The notes under the pieces are model-generated. The model was not told the origin of the DNA. It did not search any database and was given only the letters and a program-made list of their open reading frames with translations. 64,000 nucleotides of DNA from Chrysomallon squamiferum (Eukaryota > Animalia > Mollusca): NCBI GenBank assembly GCA_012295275.1, contig CM022665.1:5580001-5644000 (forward strand), written 5' to 3'. Positions 1-15,040 of this stretch are shown here, piece after piece. The position numbers were made by a program, and so were the translations under genes. Positions within the stretch are counted from its first letter, which is position 1; each line of letters begins with the position of its first letter.

Positions 1-236
1 GTTTACTGACCAGTTTATTTAAGCTAGTTTTGTTTCAGCTATATAATGATTTTATGATAATCTAGAAGGGAGTGAGTTAGGTACAGCTCAATAGTTATGT
101 GCTGTGAACAATTTAAAACTGTTTTAGAGTGAGTGGGATGTAGTTTGGTACTTAAAACAGGTTTTATAAGGTGTCAGGGGTATGGAGTGAATCTGGGGGG
201 GTCTACTAACTCAAAGGTTAAAGGTTGAAGTTTAAA

Positions 237-540
237 GGTCACAGGATCAATCCTCCTCTGTATTATCACTGAATTATTTCCCCTTCCCATTCAGTACATT
301 GCAACTATTCTACCAATGATTTCTGTGTTTTCTCTCTGTATGAAGATAAAGATTTCTTGTAGTTAGTTGATAAAACGTAATCCAAGGTGACAGTGGATTT
401 CCTCTCCTACATAATCTTTATGCTGTCTGACATGTAATAATTCTATATATAAAGTAATCATCATTTTGTTGTATTTACCTTTGGTATGACACTCAGTTGC
501 TAATGTTTTCAGTGCTGGGGTTTTGTTTAATACTCATTCA
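237..540 (+). mobile_element. Decayed SINE copy
   Basis: GGTCACAGGATCAATCC (B-box-like), TATTTCCCCTTCCCATTCAGT core and CATTCATT tail, similar to other copies in the window. Confidence 0.4.
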
Positions 541-937
541 TTTATAATAATAGTTAATAGAAAAATGTGAGGTATTTATTTATTTATTTGTGCATTTATT
601 TATTTATTATAATTTAATTAATAATAATAATTTGAATGCTGTTGATGATGATGATTATTATTAATATTAGTATTATTATTTTATCATCATCACCACCATC
701 ATCATCATATTATCATTATTATTATAGTCATCATTATTATAAATATATCGGTGATAATAATAAAGGAACAAATAAAATTTAGTTTTCATTAAGTTAATAT
801 AAAATGATTTAAGCTGACAGTGAAAAATTTCAAGGCACTTTCTCATTTTATTTTCAGTTTATAAACTCCTTAAATATTAGGTTTCAAAGATAATATATTT
901 ATTAATGCTATAAAACTAAATGTATTATTAATTTCAG

Positions 938-1694
938 GATGCTGGATAAAAACAACACAGGTTTTGTTTCACAGTATGATTTACGCAATGCCTTGGAGAA
1001 AAATCTTGGTTATCCGATCAGCAATGACCAGTGGTACCAGCTGAAAATGGACATTGGTCTGTCAGTTAATGGCACACAGGTCAACTATATGAAATTCCTG
1101 CAGCACTTTGATATAGAGTAAGTATCACTTTCACTTTTATTTGATTTTTTTAACTGATTTTTTTTTTTATATATAAAATTTAAAAAAAAGAGAAAATTAT
1201 TATACAGAAAATTTCTAGAAATGAAATGATTTCAAGAAAAAAAAAAAAAAAAATATATATATTTATTTTTTATTAGTTTGTTATTATTTCTTTTTCCTCA
1301 CAGGCCTGGTTCCTGGAATACAAGACACATTGCAGGATTCACAATGCCAAAACACACCCGTGTCTTTACCCCACCCCCTCAGTTAGATGTCCTCAGGGAA
1401 AGAGCTAGAAGTTACCATCCAGGAATGTTTGAACCTAATAAGGTTTATGTGGATGGTTTGAGACCCCTTCCAGAGGTAAAAAGAATAAATAAATAAATAA
1501 ATAAAAGAAAGAAGAATGTCCATAAATATAACAATGATAATAAAATTTAAAAAATAATAATAATAAAATAATTGCAAAAGGGTCCATTGTATTAAATTAT
1601 TTTGAAGAATAAAAAAAAAAAAAATTCATTATATCTGCCTCATTTTTAATGATTTCATTGAAATTCTTTACCTTTCTCTCCACTCTTTCATATT

Positions 1695-1738
<44 letters not shown>

Positions 1739-4089
1739 ACAGATAATGTCATATTAAAAAAATATATATATTCATACATTTCAGAAATATTTGGCATTTA
1801 ATTTCTATTTTATTTTTTATTTTTTTCAGCTTGAAAGACAAGTTCAAGAATTGTTTAAGAGGAATTTTCAGACTTTTGACAAGGTTAAAGACATATTCAA
1901 ATATTATAAAAACAAATTTTAGAAATTAAAAGATTTCTCTCTATTTATTTTCACTATTTTAAGTGAAGGAATTCACAACTGTTTATTAAATAAATTTATC
2001 ATGTAATTTCAGTCAGGCTACAAGATAGCTTTTTGATGCTGAATGAAAAAAAAAAAAAAATATATATATTTTAATTCATTTCATTAGACATCCTTTTTTT
2101 CTTTGTGCATATTTTGTAGGGCACCAAATGGAACTGAATGTTTTTCTATCTCATGTTTTTAAATAAATGTATATTATTCAGAACTATGTTTATATATATT
2201 TAATATAAATCTATGTTATTCAGGATTATATATATTTTTTATCTTGTATTTATTTTCTGTTTCAGCATTTTCAAGAAATGGACAGAAAAGGGACAGGCCG
2301 GATGACAAAATGGCAATTTGGAGCTTTGCTCAAACTGTATGTTTTATTACTTATTAGTTTTAATTCTTATATACCATCCATATAGTCCATCTCAAATTAT
2401 GTTCTGCTTTGAATAATATCTTATCTTATTCTTTAATTTAAATATTTCCATCACTATGAGGTATCACATGCTGAAAATTTAACAGTTCATTTATTTTTAG
2501 TTAAATTTAACTGTGGTACAGTACAAGAAAATTTCAGTAACATTATCAAGTATATAAAGTAAATATCAACAACACCTTTGTGTATGCATGTCTCTGAGTG
2601 TGTATAAGTGTGTGTGTTTCTGTGTATATGTTAGTTTCTGCATACATTTGAGTATGTATACATGTGAGTCTGGTGTGTGTCTGTTCTGTATGTATGGATG
2701 TATGTTATCTTTTAATCTTTATAAAATATTATCAATATAAATATTTAAAAAATGTCATCAATATAAATATTCGTATATTTAGGAGAAGAACCTGTAGAAA
2801 ATGGTACAAGACCAATATACAAAATCATAAAATATGATTTTATTTTATTTTATTTTATTTTAGAACTGGTCTTCCACTGTCTACTAGAGAGCTGGATCAG
2901 TTGTGGAATGCAATGCCTAGTGATGCAGACAGTATGTTGTCCTACAGCAACATGACCAAGCATTTCAAGCTGGAAGGGAAAATGCCTCACCCACCAGCCA
3001 CCAGGAACTTTTGTTACGGTAAGTGTAGCATATTACCAAATATTTATCAACTGCTGTTCTAAGTTTAATTTACGTTAAAAATGCCAGACTGGTATGTTGT
3101 GTGCGTATGTGTTTTTATGAGCATGTATGCGTGTTTAATACTAGATTGTGATATTTTAGTTATAATTTATAACTTTTAATGACATTGTTTTTGCATTTTT
3201 TTTATTAATATTTTAATTTTTCTTCCATGTTTTTTTACATTTATTTTGTTTTAGTTGTTTGTTTGTCATCTTCGTTTTTGTTAGTTTTTATAACTTTTAT
3301 ATATAGATATATATATATATATTTTATGAGAATATTCTGTACCAACTATGCCACAATATTTTTCCTCAAATTAAAAAAAAAAAAAAAAAACATGTATTAA
3401 TTAGAATTAATGTATTTCTTCTCTTTATATCCTTCCTTATCATAATCATCAACATTATTACTATAACTCCTTTTATTACCAGCATAATCAGCTAATTGAA
3501 AAACTCACATTTCAGAAGACACTTCTGCCAAGCAGCAAGAAAAGAAAGACAGAGAAAAACAGGCCGAACTCGAAAGAATTGCCAAACGAGTTGAGATGGA
3601 ACGACTCCAGAAGGAAAGACAAGCTGAATTGGCAGCAAAGAAAGAAGAGAAGGAAAGAAAGCTGAAGGAGAAAAAAGGAATGAGAAGCACATCGTATTAT
3701 GACATCAGCAAGATGGACGAACTAGCAAATGCAAAACTGGGCAGACTTCATCAAGAGAGGATTAACACTTTGTTACAGAAAATTAAGCCTCAGGTAATAA
3801 TTATTTTAAAAAAAATAAAAAATAGAAAAATGAAATATGTAGCAGGTTCAGACTAATCCTTTTCAGACCAGGTTTGTTTACTAGGTAACCATTATTTAAG
3901 GCCACTAAGTCTGTTTCATAATCTTCTCTGTCAGTTTATATCTTCTCAATACAAATAAATATTTAAGATGAGCTATTTGGTACTTAAAATTGAAAATATT
4001 TAAAGAATAATATTATAATCAGAAATAAAATCAGAAGTAAAATCTTTCAAAAAAAACAAACACATTTTATATTATAATCACTAATCCTC

Positions 4090-4176
<87 letters not shown>

Positions 4177-5003
4177 ACTATACATAGCAGAAAAATATAT
4201 ATCTCAGGTAAAATAATTATTCCTCACAGCTTGTAGTAGCATTAACTATGACATTTTGGGGGATCTGAATTACCTCATATGTTTTTCTTTTTCCCAGAAA
4301 AAAGTAATGAAACTGTATTACAGGTAACATAATTATTTCTGACAGGTGTTAAAGCAGAGAGACTATTTGAAGACTTATTTCCAGGCGAGGGACAGAATGG
4401 GCTTCTCTCACATTAGTGTTGATGAAATGAAGGTAAGAGAAGTGCCGTAACTTTACATAATGTAAAGGGGTGTGTGTGTATGTGTGTGTCTCTGTATGTT
4501 TGTGTATATATATATATATGTACATGTCTGAATGTGTTTATGTACATGTGTGTATATGTATATATATGTGTGTGTGTTTGTATATGTGGGTGTGTCTGAA
4601 TGTATGTATGTGTTTGTGAGTGTATGTGTATATGAAGTTAATTGTTTCTGCTGGAAATCTCTAAATACTATTACTTGTTAAAATGTCTTAATATTAACTT
4701 GTGTATATGCTAATTTGTGTTTTTGTATGTTTTGGAGTTATTATTCTTTTCTTTATTATTATTATTGTTAGTGATGTTGTTGCTGTTGTTGTTATTAAAG
4801 TCATTATTTATTATTTTCATATGTATCATCATAATCATTTATTATCATCATTATTATTGTTGTTACTTCTGCTGCTGTTATTGGTACATATATTGTTCTC
4901 TTTGTAAATTATGTTATAATCCTTTTGGGAGGTCTTAACTGTCACAGATTAAATAAATTAATCACTGGAAGCAATAGTCCATTTTAATTTGCCAAAATAT
5001 ATT

Positions 5004-5070
<67 letters not shown>

Positions 5071-5558
5071 TATGGATACTAGGGCTCATTGTTATTGCTA
5101 AATTCTTCATAAACATTAGAGTTTTTGTTTAATCTAGGGCATCATGGATCGTTTGTATTTCACTCTCTTGGAAGATGAGAAAATGGAAGTTTGTCGACAT
5201 TTTGATATCAGTTGCAATGGAAGGTAAAATCACATAATGTGAAACAATTAACTACATGTGTTCAAGAGATTGTTGTATGTATTTCTTTACCATTGATAAA
5301 GGATGAGAATAAAAACATTATTTATTTATTTATTTATATATTTTATTTTGTTTTATTTTATTTTATTTATTATTTATTTATATATTTTTTTTATTCAATT
5401 TCATTCTTTTTTCATTTTTTTTTTTTCTGTTTTTTTTTTATGAGAAGACAAAACCCATATACCCTATATACCCTGGTATCTCTTTGTAGTTCAGAATAAT
5501 TACATACATCAGATGTGTTTAGTAAACAACAAAAATGTTTCAAATAATATTGGACTCT

Positions 5559-5593
<35 letters not shown>

Positions 5594-6474
5594 TATTTAT
5601 ATTTATATTTTATTTTATTTTATTTTATTTTATTTTATTTCATTTCATATTATTATTATTATTTTTTTTTTTTTTTCAGATTCCATTACCTTAAATTCAT
5701 GGATGCATTTAATAGTATCCCCACTTCCTGTGACTCAGTGAACCAGTCTAAAGATTCCAGCCAATCACTGCAGAGAAGGGTAAGTTTGAATCACAACCGG
5801 CATTTCAATAAATCACCCACCATGTTTGCTGTGTAACAATGACTAGTGCATGAGAAATATTTCTGTTTAATAAAATTTTATTTTAAATCAGATTCTAATG
5901 ACTCAGTTTAAAATGTGCATCACACTGACCTATTTTTATTTTTAATTCTGGTTTTTAATCTCTCACAGAAATAATAATTTTTAATAATAAGTATTTTCAA
6001 GGAATCAGTTTTATTGTTAAAATATAATGTTGTTGCATGTGAAACTATTTTTTATTAATATAAGCTAATTTCATTTCCAAATGCAGTTTTTATAATTTCT
6101 TTTTTTTTTTTTTAAATAAGAGAAAAGTATACTGATGAAATTTTACACCTGGTTTTTATAAGATAACTGTCATTAATTGTGAAATAAAATAATTAGTATA
6201 AGATTTAAGAAGTATATGAAAAGAGTTTAAAGTCAAAATAAGGAGATAATGTTAGTATTCATTTCCACTGAAATATTAATTTTTTAACTTTTTTGTTTAA
6301 TTACTGTCTGCATCTCATGTGTAACCAGAAAAGAGATCATAATAGCTGTTACTCTTCTGTGGTTAATTATTATTATTATTATTTTAAACTTTTTTTTTTG
6401 CAATCTAAGACTATATTGTGAGTATACTAATAATGTAGAAATTTTTATTTTATCTTCTTTTGGTGTTGTTGATT

Positions 6475-6505
<31 letters not shown>

Positions 6506-6575
6506 TTATTATTATTTTTTTTTTTTTTTTTTTTTTTTTTTATTGTTGTTTAGCTTGGTATTGTTTTTCTATATT

Positions 6576-6612
<37 letters not shown>

Positions 6613-7758
6613 GAATTTTTGATAAAAATAAGATAAAAGTAAGACCTACTTCAAGCTTAATAGAGTCTGGCAGATTCCTTGAAAGGTAAATTTTAATATC
6701 AGAAAGAAATAAAAAAAAGTTATTAATAAATATTTTAACCCTAATTATAGTTCAGTGCCCAGTAAATAAATAACTAGTAAACAAAAACATTTTTGTCAGT
6801 CTCAGCTTAAATGATCCATTTAAATTATATATATCTCAGGGCTATGATATTAATTAATATGCCAAAATATCAACTGTTAAATTACACAGAATTCCATATG
6901 AATACTTTTATTTACTAGAATTGAAATAATCTCTTAAAAATAATGTTTGTCAAAAGTTTGAGAACATTTGTAGTCATGTAATTATAAAAAATTATATTAC
7001 TTAAAATGAATAACAAGAGTTAGATCATTTTAATCTGGAATAGGTAACAAGGGTATTTTAGTACAATGATATTTACTCTAAGAAATTTAGTACCATGTTA
7101 TATCATGTTATATGTGCTCCATGAATTACAGTTATATATATTCCAAGATGTTTTCATTATTATTTTTCAAAATGCTAGAATCATTTCCTTTACATATTAA
7201 ATATTTTTTGTTACGGTATTATTTATTATTTCTGTTCTGAGAAAATTCAGATGTTTATTCCATATTTATTAAAAGTCAGGATCAAACTTGTGTTAATAAT
7301 ATCCCTGTTAATTGTACATTTTATTTTATTTTATTTTGTTATTATTTATTTTATTTTATTTTATTATTATTTTTTTTTTTTAACTGACTTATTATTTAAT
7401 TTATTGTTGTTGTTTTGTTTGTTTTTTGGTCATTTTTATACCAACTTTTCATCCTGTTTATGCCATACCTGGCTGTTTATCCCTTCCATTTTCTTTATTT
7501 ATTTTCAAACACTCAAAACATTTTGTTCTGGGTTATTTTACTGGTTTGTGTTAATGTTTATTCTCTAGCAAAATTACATGGTAACTGTAGGCCAAGCTAT
7601 GCACACCATGCAACAAAAGGTAGTATGTCTTCTGCAGACAGCTTCAGCAGAAATATTTCTATAATAAAACTGCTTTTATGTTTTAAACTAATGTTGTTTT
7701 GGAAAAGAAACTAAATTAACTTTATTTTTGTATTATTTATTTATTTATTTTTATTATC

Positions 7759-7807
<49 letters not shown>

Positions 7808-8208
7808 TTAATCTTTAAAGATAGACATGTTCTTGTTTAAAAGTGGATATTTTTTATTTTATATATTCTTTATTTATTATATAAAAAAAATTAATATATA
7901 AATATAAGTATTTTAAATTCATGTTAATTAAAGATTTTAATACATTATTTTAAAATATATATTGTAAAGAATTTCCAGAAATGCAGAATGAAAAAAAAAA
8001 AAAAAATTGTCCTCTTTTAATTAATTCTTTGTAATTATACCATAATTTAAAAGGTTTCACAATTTTTTTTTTTTTTTTTTTTTTTATGTTTTTCTTATTC
8101 TTTCTTTCATCTTTTTATTGTTTCTTTTTCTTTTTCTTTGTTTTCATTTTGTGGGATTTTTGTGGCGTTTTTTATTGCCATTTTTATTTATATATTTATT
8201 TATTTTTA

Positions 8209-8270
<62 letters not shown>

Positions 8271-8616
8271 ATATATTTACTTTTTGTTGTTTGTTTTGTT
8301 TGTTGTTCTTTTTGGTGTTGATTTTGTTTGTTTAAGCTTTTGTTCTATATCTGTTCTGTTTGTCATATTTTTTACTTAATATTATTGTGTTACCCTTTGT
8401 GATAAATATAATAAATAGCATAATAAATTTATTAATTCAAAATACAGCTTTTTTTTTTTTTTTTTTTATATATATAACTTTATATATAGATGGTTGTGGG
8501 TTGCCTATCTTGTGTAGATTTGTAATTTACCGATTCTGCTAGAGATATATAAACCTTTAGATTTTTACCATTTTACCTTTCCCTTACATCTTTGTTGTGT
8601 GTTAGTTGCCTGTGTC

Positions 8617-8649
<33 letters not shown>

Positions 8650-8900
8650 TAATATTTTGTGTTCAGTATTCATGGTATAATTACTATAATAATAATATCA
8701 GTAATTATTTTGTTCAGTAATGATTTAAATATAATATAATCATTAATTAATTTATTCATGATGTTAATTATTATTAATTAATATTTTTTTGTGTTTGTAA
8801 AGTAACTTGTCTTTACAGTCAAATTAACAGAATACACACACTGTTTGTTAGAAACAGCTAAATAATGGAAAAAGTTTTTTGGAGAAGTTTCAGTGCTCAT

Positions 8901-8988
<88 letters not shown>

Positions 8989-9506
8989 CTTACCACACAA
9001 AAACATTTATTTATAGACAAACATATACATTATTTATTTAAAAAAAAAATAAATAACTGCATTATAATTCATGACAGTACTTCAGTATTAAGAAATTAAT
9101 TTGAAGTGAAAATTTAGAATATGCAAAGTATAAGTAAATAAGGAAAAACAGTTAATATTAATAAACACATTCATAAAATATATATAAATCTAGATTGTTT
9201 TCTGATTCTTTTTATTTACATTTTATTATTAATTTTTATTTTAATGACAGTATTTAAACATCCATTCTTTTCACATTTTTGTACTTTCAGCTTTTAGTGG
9301 AGTGGAAGAATCTTCGTATGGCGTTTAAGAAATTTGACAAGAATAATGATGGACTCATGGATATGAAAGATCTGAAGAAAGTTTTACGAACATGTAGAAT
9401 TCCATTCACTGATGAAGAACTTTATCACATCATGTCAGAATTTGACCTCAACATGGATGGCAAAATCTCATACAGCGAATTTCTGAAATCTTTACTAGTG
9501 TGTTGA
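938..9506 (+). CDS. EF-hand calcium-binding domain protein, EFCAB6-like (3' part; 5' end lies upstream of the window)
   Basis: Phase-consistent GT-AG exons: 938-1117, 1304-1475, 1830-1883, 2266-2336, 2864-3018, 3516-3793, 4346-4432, 5138-5223, 5680-5779, 7569-7619, 9291-9506 (TGA). Repeated EF-hand pairs (LDKNNTGFVSQYD, MDRKGTGRMTKWQ, FDKNNDGLMDMKD, FDLNMDGKISYSE). The terminal exon WKNLRMAFKKFD...FTDEELYHIMSEFD...ISYSEFL resembles the EFCAB6 C-terminus from memory; orthology is not established. Confidence 0.85.
8905..8983. repeat. (CT)n microsatellite, representative of dozens of (CA)n, (CT)n, (TAA)n, (TTTA)n and poly-T tracts
   Basis: Directly visible; others at 4091-4172, 5008-5064, 7760-7806, 38390-38447 and 62413-62474. 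Confidence 0.95.
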
Positions 9507-12499
9507 AGATTTATATCCATTGTTCTTAACCCCTCTCAAAAAATAATCTGAATAATGTTATCAAATCAGAATTTGTCATCTGCAAAGACAGGAAAATCTA
9601 GTTTGGCAATTTCTTTAAGACATTATACCACTGTGCGTTATTTTCTTGAAAAATAATCTTAACACAATTTTGTCCTTATCAGATGTGTACATGGATGGCA
9701 AAATTTAATATGTTAAAAATTTACAGTTTATAAAACTTCTGGAAAAAACAAACAACTTTATTGCATTATATGAATGTGACCTCAGTATGGTTTTGAATAT
9801 CTGTAATCATAGATAAGTATTTTATTTTTTTAACTCTAAATACCTTTGTCAGAATTTGACCTCAGTTTTATGGGAAAATAACTCGCAGTGAATGGTTTAT
9901 GTTATGAGTAATGTAAACTTTAAAGCATAAGAAACATTTGATTTGGAAAATTCTGAAGAACATACTTTCTTTATGTCAGAATGTGACCTCATTATGGATG
10001 AGAAATATATTAAAAAGAATGTTTTTACGTAAATTACTAGTGCAAAATTTATAGATGGAGAAACATTCTCTTGGAATAATTCTTTCATTTTATTTTATCA
10101 TATAAAAATTAAACACAAAAGATGAAATTTTTCTGTCATTACTAACCTTTTATCTTCTTATGTCATTATAACAGATTAATGATAATAAATCAAACAAAAG
10201 AGGCCAATCCAATTTAAATATCCATTACATTTACTTGATTTCATAGCTTGTGAATGTAACATTGAAGATTCCCAGAGCAATGTTTTATTATTTCATTTTT
10301 TTTAAAATTATTTTCATTAATCATTTAATCATCTATATTATTTTGGTGCATCTTACATATTTTCTGTAATACTGAAGTGAAATTACACAACAACACAGAG
10401 GGAAAATGGCTACCCACTAGACAATTATGGTGAACTCCAAGATAATATTTCAAAAATATCATCTTTACTTCTACCTAAGATTTTTTAAAATCCTTAAACA
10501 TAATAATCAGTTTGTTTTATATCATCATTAAACAACTTGTCAAATACCTCAGTAATAATAATAATAATGTTATCAGTAACAGTAACAAAAACAACAACAA
10601 AAGAAAGAAAGAAAAAAAGAAAACCTGAGTTTAACATTCAAATTTGGATAAACACCCTCAAACAAGATTACCCTAACTGTACAAGACAGAGATATATAAG
10701 TATGTGTCTACAACAGTAAAGGTGTTCCTACATTAGACTGACCAAAAGATAATACTGGTCATACAATTATAGGTTTAATTAGGACATGACACATTGTGAT
10801 AGCAACAAAATGTTTGTATTATCTTTATATACTAAATTAATATACTAATTTATATCTGTTAATTACAAATCGTTAACATACTTTTAGACTGATAGGAAAT
10901 ATACACTTATACATACATGTATATATTTCTGAAATGCTTTTTTGTTTGTTTGTTTGTTTGTTTGTTTATTTATTCCTTTATTTATTTATTTGCTTGCTTA
11001 CTTAATTATTTATTTATTTACTATATATTTTAGTTAAGATATTTATATTTATTAGATTTTATAATACATTTTATAAATGTATTTCTGATGAATGATACTT
11101 ATTTCAAGATAATATTTTTATATAACATACCTTTTTATTGTGATAATTATATTGTTATACAGCTTAATCTTGCATACATGTGCCTGTCAGGTAAATGTTC
11201 TTATCTCTTTATTTTTTCTGTTACACTATATTCACAAATGTACAAAAATAACTTTGTAACATATCCATATAGAAAATATATTTTATAGTGAATTCAGGAA
11301 TTGTCAAAGAATGTCAAGCTCCTACTAATATTAAGAAATAAGGCATGCAACCCCAAGTATAATTCTTATAATTCAAGCATTCAGTTATGTAATAAGTTAA
11401 AGATGCCTGCAGACCTATTTTACATATATATATATTATATATTATATATATTATCTGTTATCATTTAATAGCTTATCTGTGATACTATGTATAATTTAAA
11501 GTGCCTTTTTATGTTTTGAAAAATGTGTATGTTTTACTAATTATTAATATTTTCCTTTTAAAATAAGATGTACTTATTATTTTATTTGTTTTTTGGCTTG
11601 TTTGCTTGCTTGTTTGTTTTAATTCCAAAAATTCTAACGATTTTAAAATTGGAAAAAGGAATACAAATTTTTGATGAAAACTAACAACAGAAAAATATAA
11701 ATAAATCTATAGTGTACTAAGTACACACATACTGAATATGCAAATCAAAACACACAGTTGCAGACTACTTAATATCAGATACAGAGTGCAAAATGGAAGT
11801 ATACATTACATATAATAAATCTATATGTATGTAGTATTTGATTTTATAAATCAATGGAAATAAAAAAAATATGAGTCAGAAAATAAATAACAGAAATTAA
11901 ATATATACGCCTATGTAACAAACAAACAAAAACAAAAAATAATAATAATACAAATGCCATTGTATTCCATTAATGAATGCAAAATACCACAGCACAAAAA
12001 AAAAAAAAGAAAAAAAGAAAAAGAAAAATACATAAAAAATAAAAATAAATTAATTGAGCTTTGTCAGAAATGTTTTTTTGTTTTTTTTTTTTTGTTGTCC
12101 ATTTTATTTATATTACTTTATTTATTATTAACAACTATAGTTTTATCTACTCGTTCTTTATCATTATAATTATATTTATAATTATAATTATTACTATTAT
12201 AATGTCATTTGTCAATAAATATCTTTTGGTATTATTGTCTTCGTGTTCTGTTTTATTCTGACTGCTTAAAATTTCTTTTTGAAAAACCCCAAAGGAAAAA
12301 AAAAAAAAAAAAAAAAAAAATTGAAAGAAAGAAAAGCTAAGAAAAAAAGAGTAAGAGAAAATAATCAGCAATGAGTGGAATTAATCTTTTAGATACTGCA
12401 GAAATGTTATTTTATATTTTAATAAGATTTAAGATTTAAAAAAAATAAATAAAACATCACGTATATATTTTTCTTTATCATTATTACGCATGTCCTTCG

Positions 12500-12624
12500 A
12501 TATGTCTTAATGCAAGAAGTACCGGATGACGTCATTAAAATGACGTTATATGCCATGCACTGAAATAAGCGTTTAACACCTATTTGTTTGATCGAGCTGG
12601 TTGGTGAACGGCAAGTCAATAAAA
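12500..12624 (+). promoter_or_regulatory. Putative promoter of the short EF-hand gene with CRE elements
   Basis: Locally CpG-rich patch with a perfect TGACGTCA (12527-12534) and a near-CRE TGACGTTA (12541-12548), about 90 bp upstream of AAAAATGG. Confidence 0.55.
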
Positions 12625-13915
12625 ATGGAGGTTTGTTGTTATTTATTTGTTCCGTGGGATTATTTGGAAACGCAATTTTTCTGATTTAACAACTGAATTC
12701 ATTTATCTTTAAAATTAAATTTTTATATATATATACACACACACACTCACACATATACATCAAATTTTGGTTATATTATTTTTAGTACTAAAAATACTAG
12801 TAATAGTAGTAGTAGTAGTAGTAGTAGAAGCAGTAGCAGCAGTAATAATTGCAGGAGTACTACTACGAGCAGTAATAAAGTAATATTATAATTTTCAAAA
12901 TATGAATTTCCATAGATCCACTGTGAAGTGGCGCCGCCTAAGGATAATGATAAAGAACGCCATGCCATGGTTGAGGATTTTGAAAAATTAAACTCGGCAG
13001 TAATGAAAACTGAAGATCAAATGGGAGAGTTACCTCCAAACGTGGCTGATTCAAAACTGGACAGGGAGGAATCAACAGCGAACACGCAGGCCATTGACAA
13101 ATATGAGGATAAAATCAGAGCTATATTAGAGAAAATAAAACCACATGTATTGTATAAAATGATTAATCATAAACAAATGTTACCGACAACAACATCAATA
13201 ATAAAATATTTTACAGAAATTTCATATCATTCTTAATGTAGTACTGTTGACCCTCGATTTCATGGACCTCGATTTCCTGGATTTCGGGAAATCTTGACCA
13301 AATCTAGAAAAATAATCACAAAATTTCAACTTACCGCCATTTCCCATTTGAAACCTTATCTCTAAGTACTATTAATTAAGTTATTCTGAGTCTCACTATA
13401 TCATCTTGGAAACACTGTTTCAACCCACAAAGTAAGAGTACATTTTACAATTTCACTCATAACTATCCTAACAAACGTTACCCAACCTAGCCAACATTTT
13501 TCTTTACATATACTGCATGATTTTTTTCTTATGTCAATATATTTTTCTTACATTATTATATTACTGCATTATATAGCTGTTATATGTACTAAAGTCTATT
13601 GTTTCACATACACACACACACACACATGCAAACACACATTTTATCGCTTCTCCGCCACATTATCCCAGTTTCTTATAAAGAAAGTAAAATTCTTGTTCTG
13701 ACTCCGCTGGCAGGTTGAGAGAGAAAAAGAATGCATTATACATTTTTTTCGGAATAAAGACAGGTTGGGTTATACACACATCACTGTGGACGATATGAAG
13801 GCAAGCGATATTATTAACTTTATTTTTAAGTCAGAGAGAAAATATAATTTATAATTATTATGTTATAAAAGAAATTATATATTAAATACACAAATGAAAT
13901 ACATATAATTATAAC

Positions 13916-13964
<49 letters not shown>

Positions 13965-14012
13965 ATACGTATCTGGATATATAGGTTTTATTTATTAATT
14001 AATTAATTATTA

Positions 14013-14060
<48 letters not shown>

Positions 14061-14992
14061 TAATTTATTTATTTACTTATTTATTTATTTATTATTTTTT
14101 TACAATTTAAGGTTATTTACGACTACAGAGTTAATACTCTCATCTGTTATTTACACGAACATTTTGTAACCATGTCATTCAATTCAGTGACAAGTAATTG
14201 TCTTTGGCGGAGTATATGAAAAAGGTCTTAGTATACTGTAATAATAACGTTGTTGCTTTTCCTGTTGCAGGAATTCATGGATAAATCAGGTTTTAAACTT
14301 TCGGAGCATGAGAAATGGCTGATTATTCGATATTTTGATTTGCACTGTAACGGAAGGTGATGCATAAAATGTAATAGAAATCACTGACCCAAATAATTCG
14401 GGTTTCAAGATGGGCTCAGTGAAACGAGGCTTTATCCTATGCCATGATATAGTATATCTTGTAACGTACATGTTTATATACTTAAAAAAAAACACCTAAA
14501 TTGTTTTGTGGTATCATTTAAATTTTATACTCTGTCTGTCTCTCAATCTTAGCCTCTCTCTCTCTCGCTTTCTCAAAAATTCAAACTAAAGTTTAGACAT
14601 TTTTCTAACTTAAATATTGTTATTTAATTTTATTTGTTTATATTCAGGTTTAACTATCTCAGGTTCATGAATGCTTTCGGATTTCCTGAAACTGCAAAAC
14701 CAATCATAGGAATTAAGCCATACTGTCCATCGGGAAAAACTGTGGTGAGTGAAACAAACTGCTATAATATAATCAAATTTGAAAACTAATACATCGATCC
14801 GGTCTATAATGGGCAATACTTCTTTGTATAAAGCACCAGGTGTTATGGCGTTGTTGTTTTTGTTTGTTTGTTGTTTAGTTTTCAGAGGGAAGGAGAGAAA
14901 GTCGTTGCTGTTCTTTTTTTGGTTGATTTTTGTCCTCTATGCTATTGTTTAATTCGTTTGTGTCTTTATACATATATTATATTAAAAGAAAA

Positions 14993-15040
<48 letters not shown>

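Noticed and set aside
6664-6685. Possible extra EF-hand gene exon (tag|AGTCTGGCAGATTCCTTGAAAG|gtaaat)
   Set aside because: 22 nt would break the frame between phase-0 neighbours, the acceptor is weak, and it has no counterpart in the paralogue.
6735-6744. TAACCCTAA telomere-like or telomerase-template-like motif
   Set aside because: Single short match in AT-rich intron with no supporting structure.
4701-8542. Many 60-107 aa hydrophobic ORFs (poly-L/I/F/Y) here and throughout the window
   Set aside because: They are translations of (TTA)n, (TTTA)n, poly-T and (CA)n microsatellites inside introns.
13240-13300. Tigger/pogo-like terminal sequence TACTGTTGACCCTCGATTTC
   Set aside because: No matching second inverted end was found, so it is too weak to call as an element.
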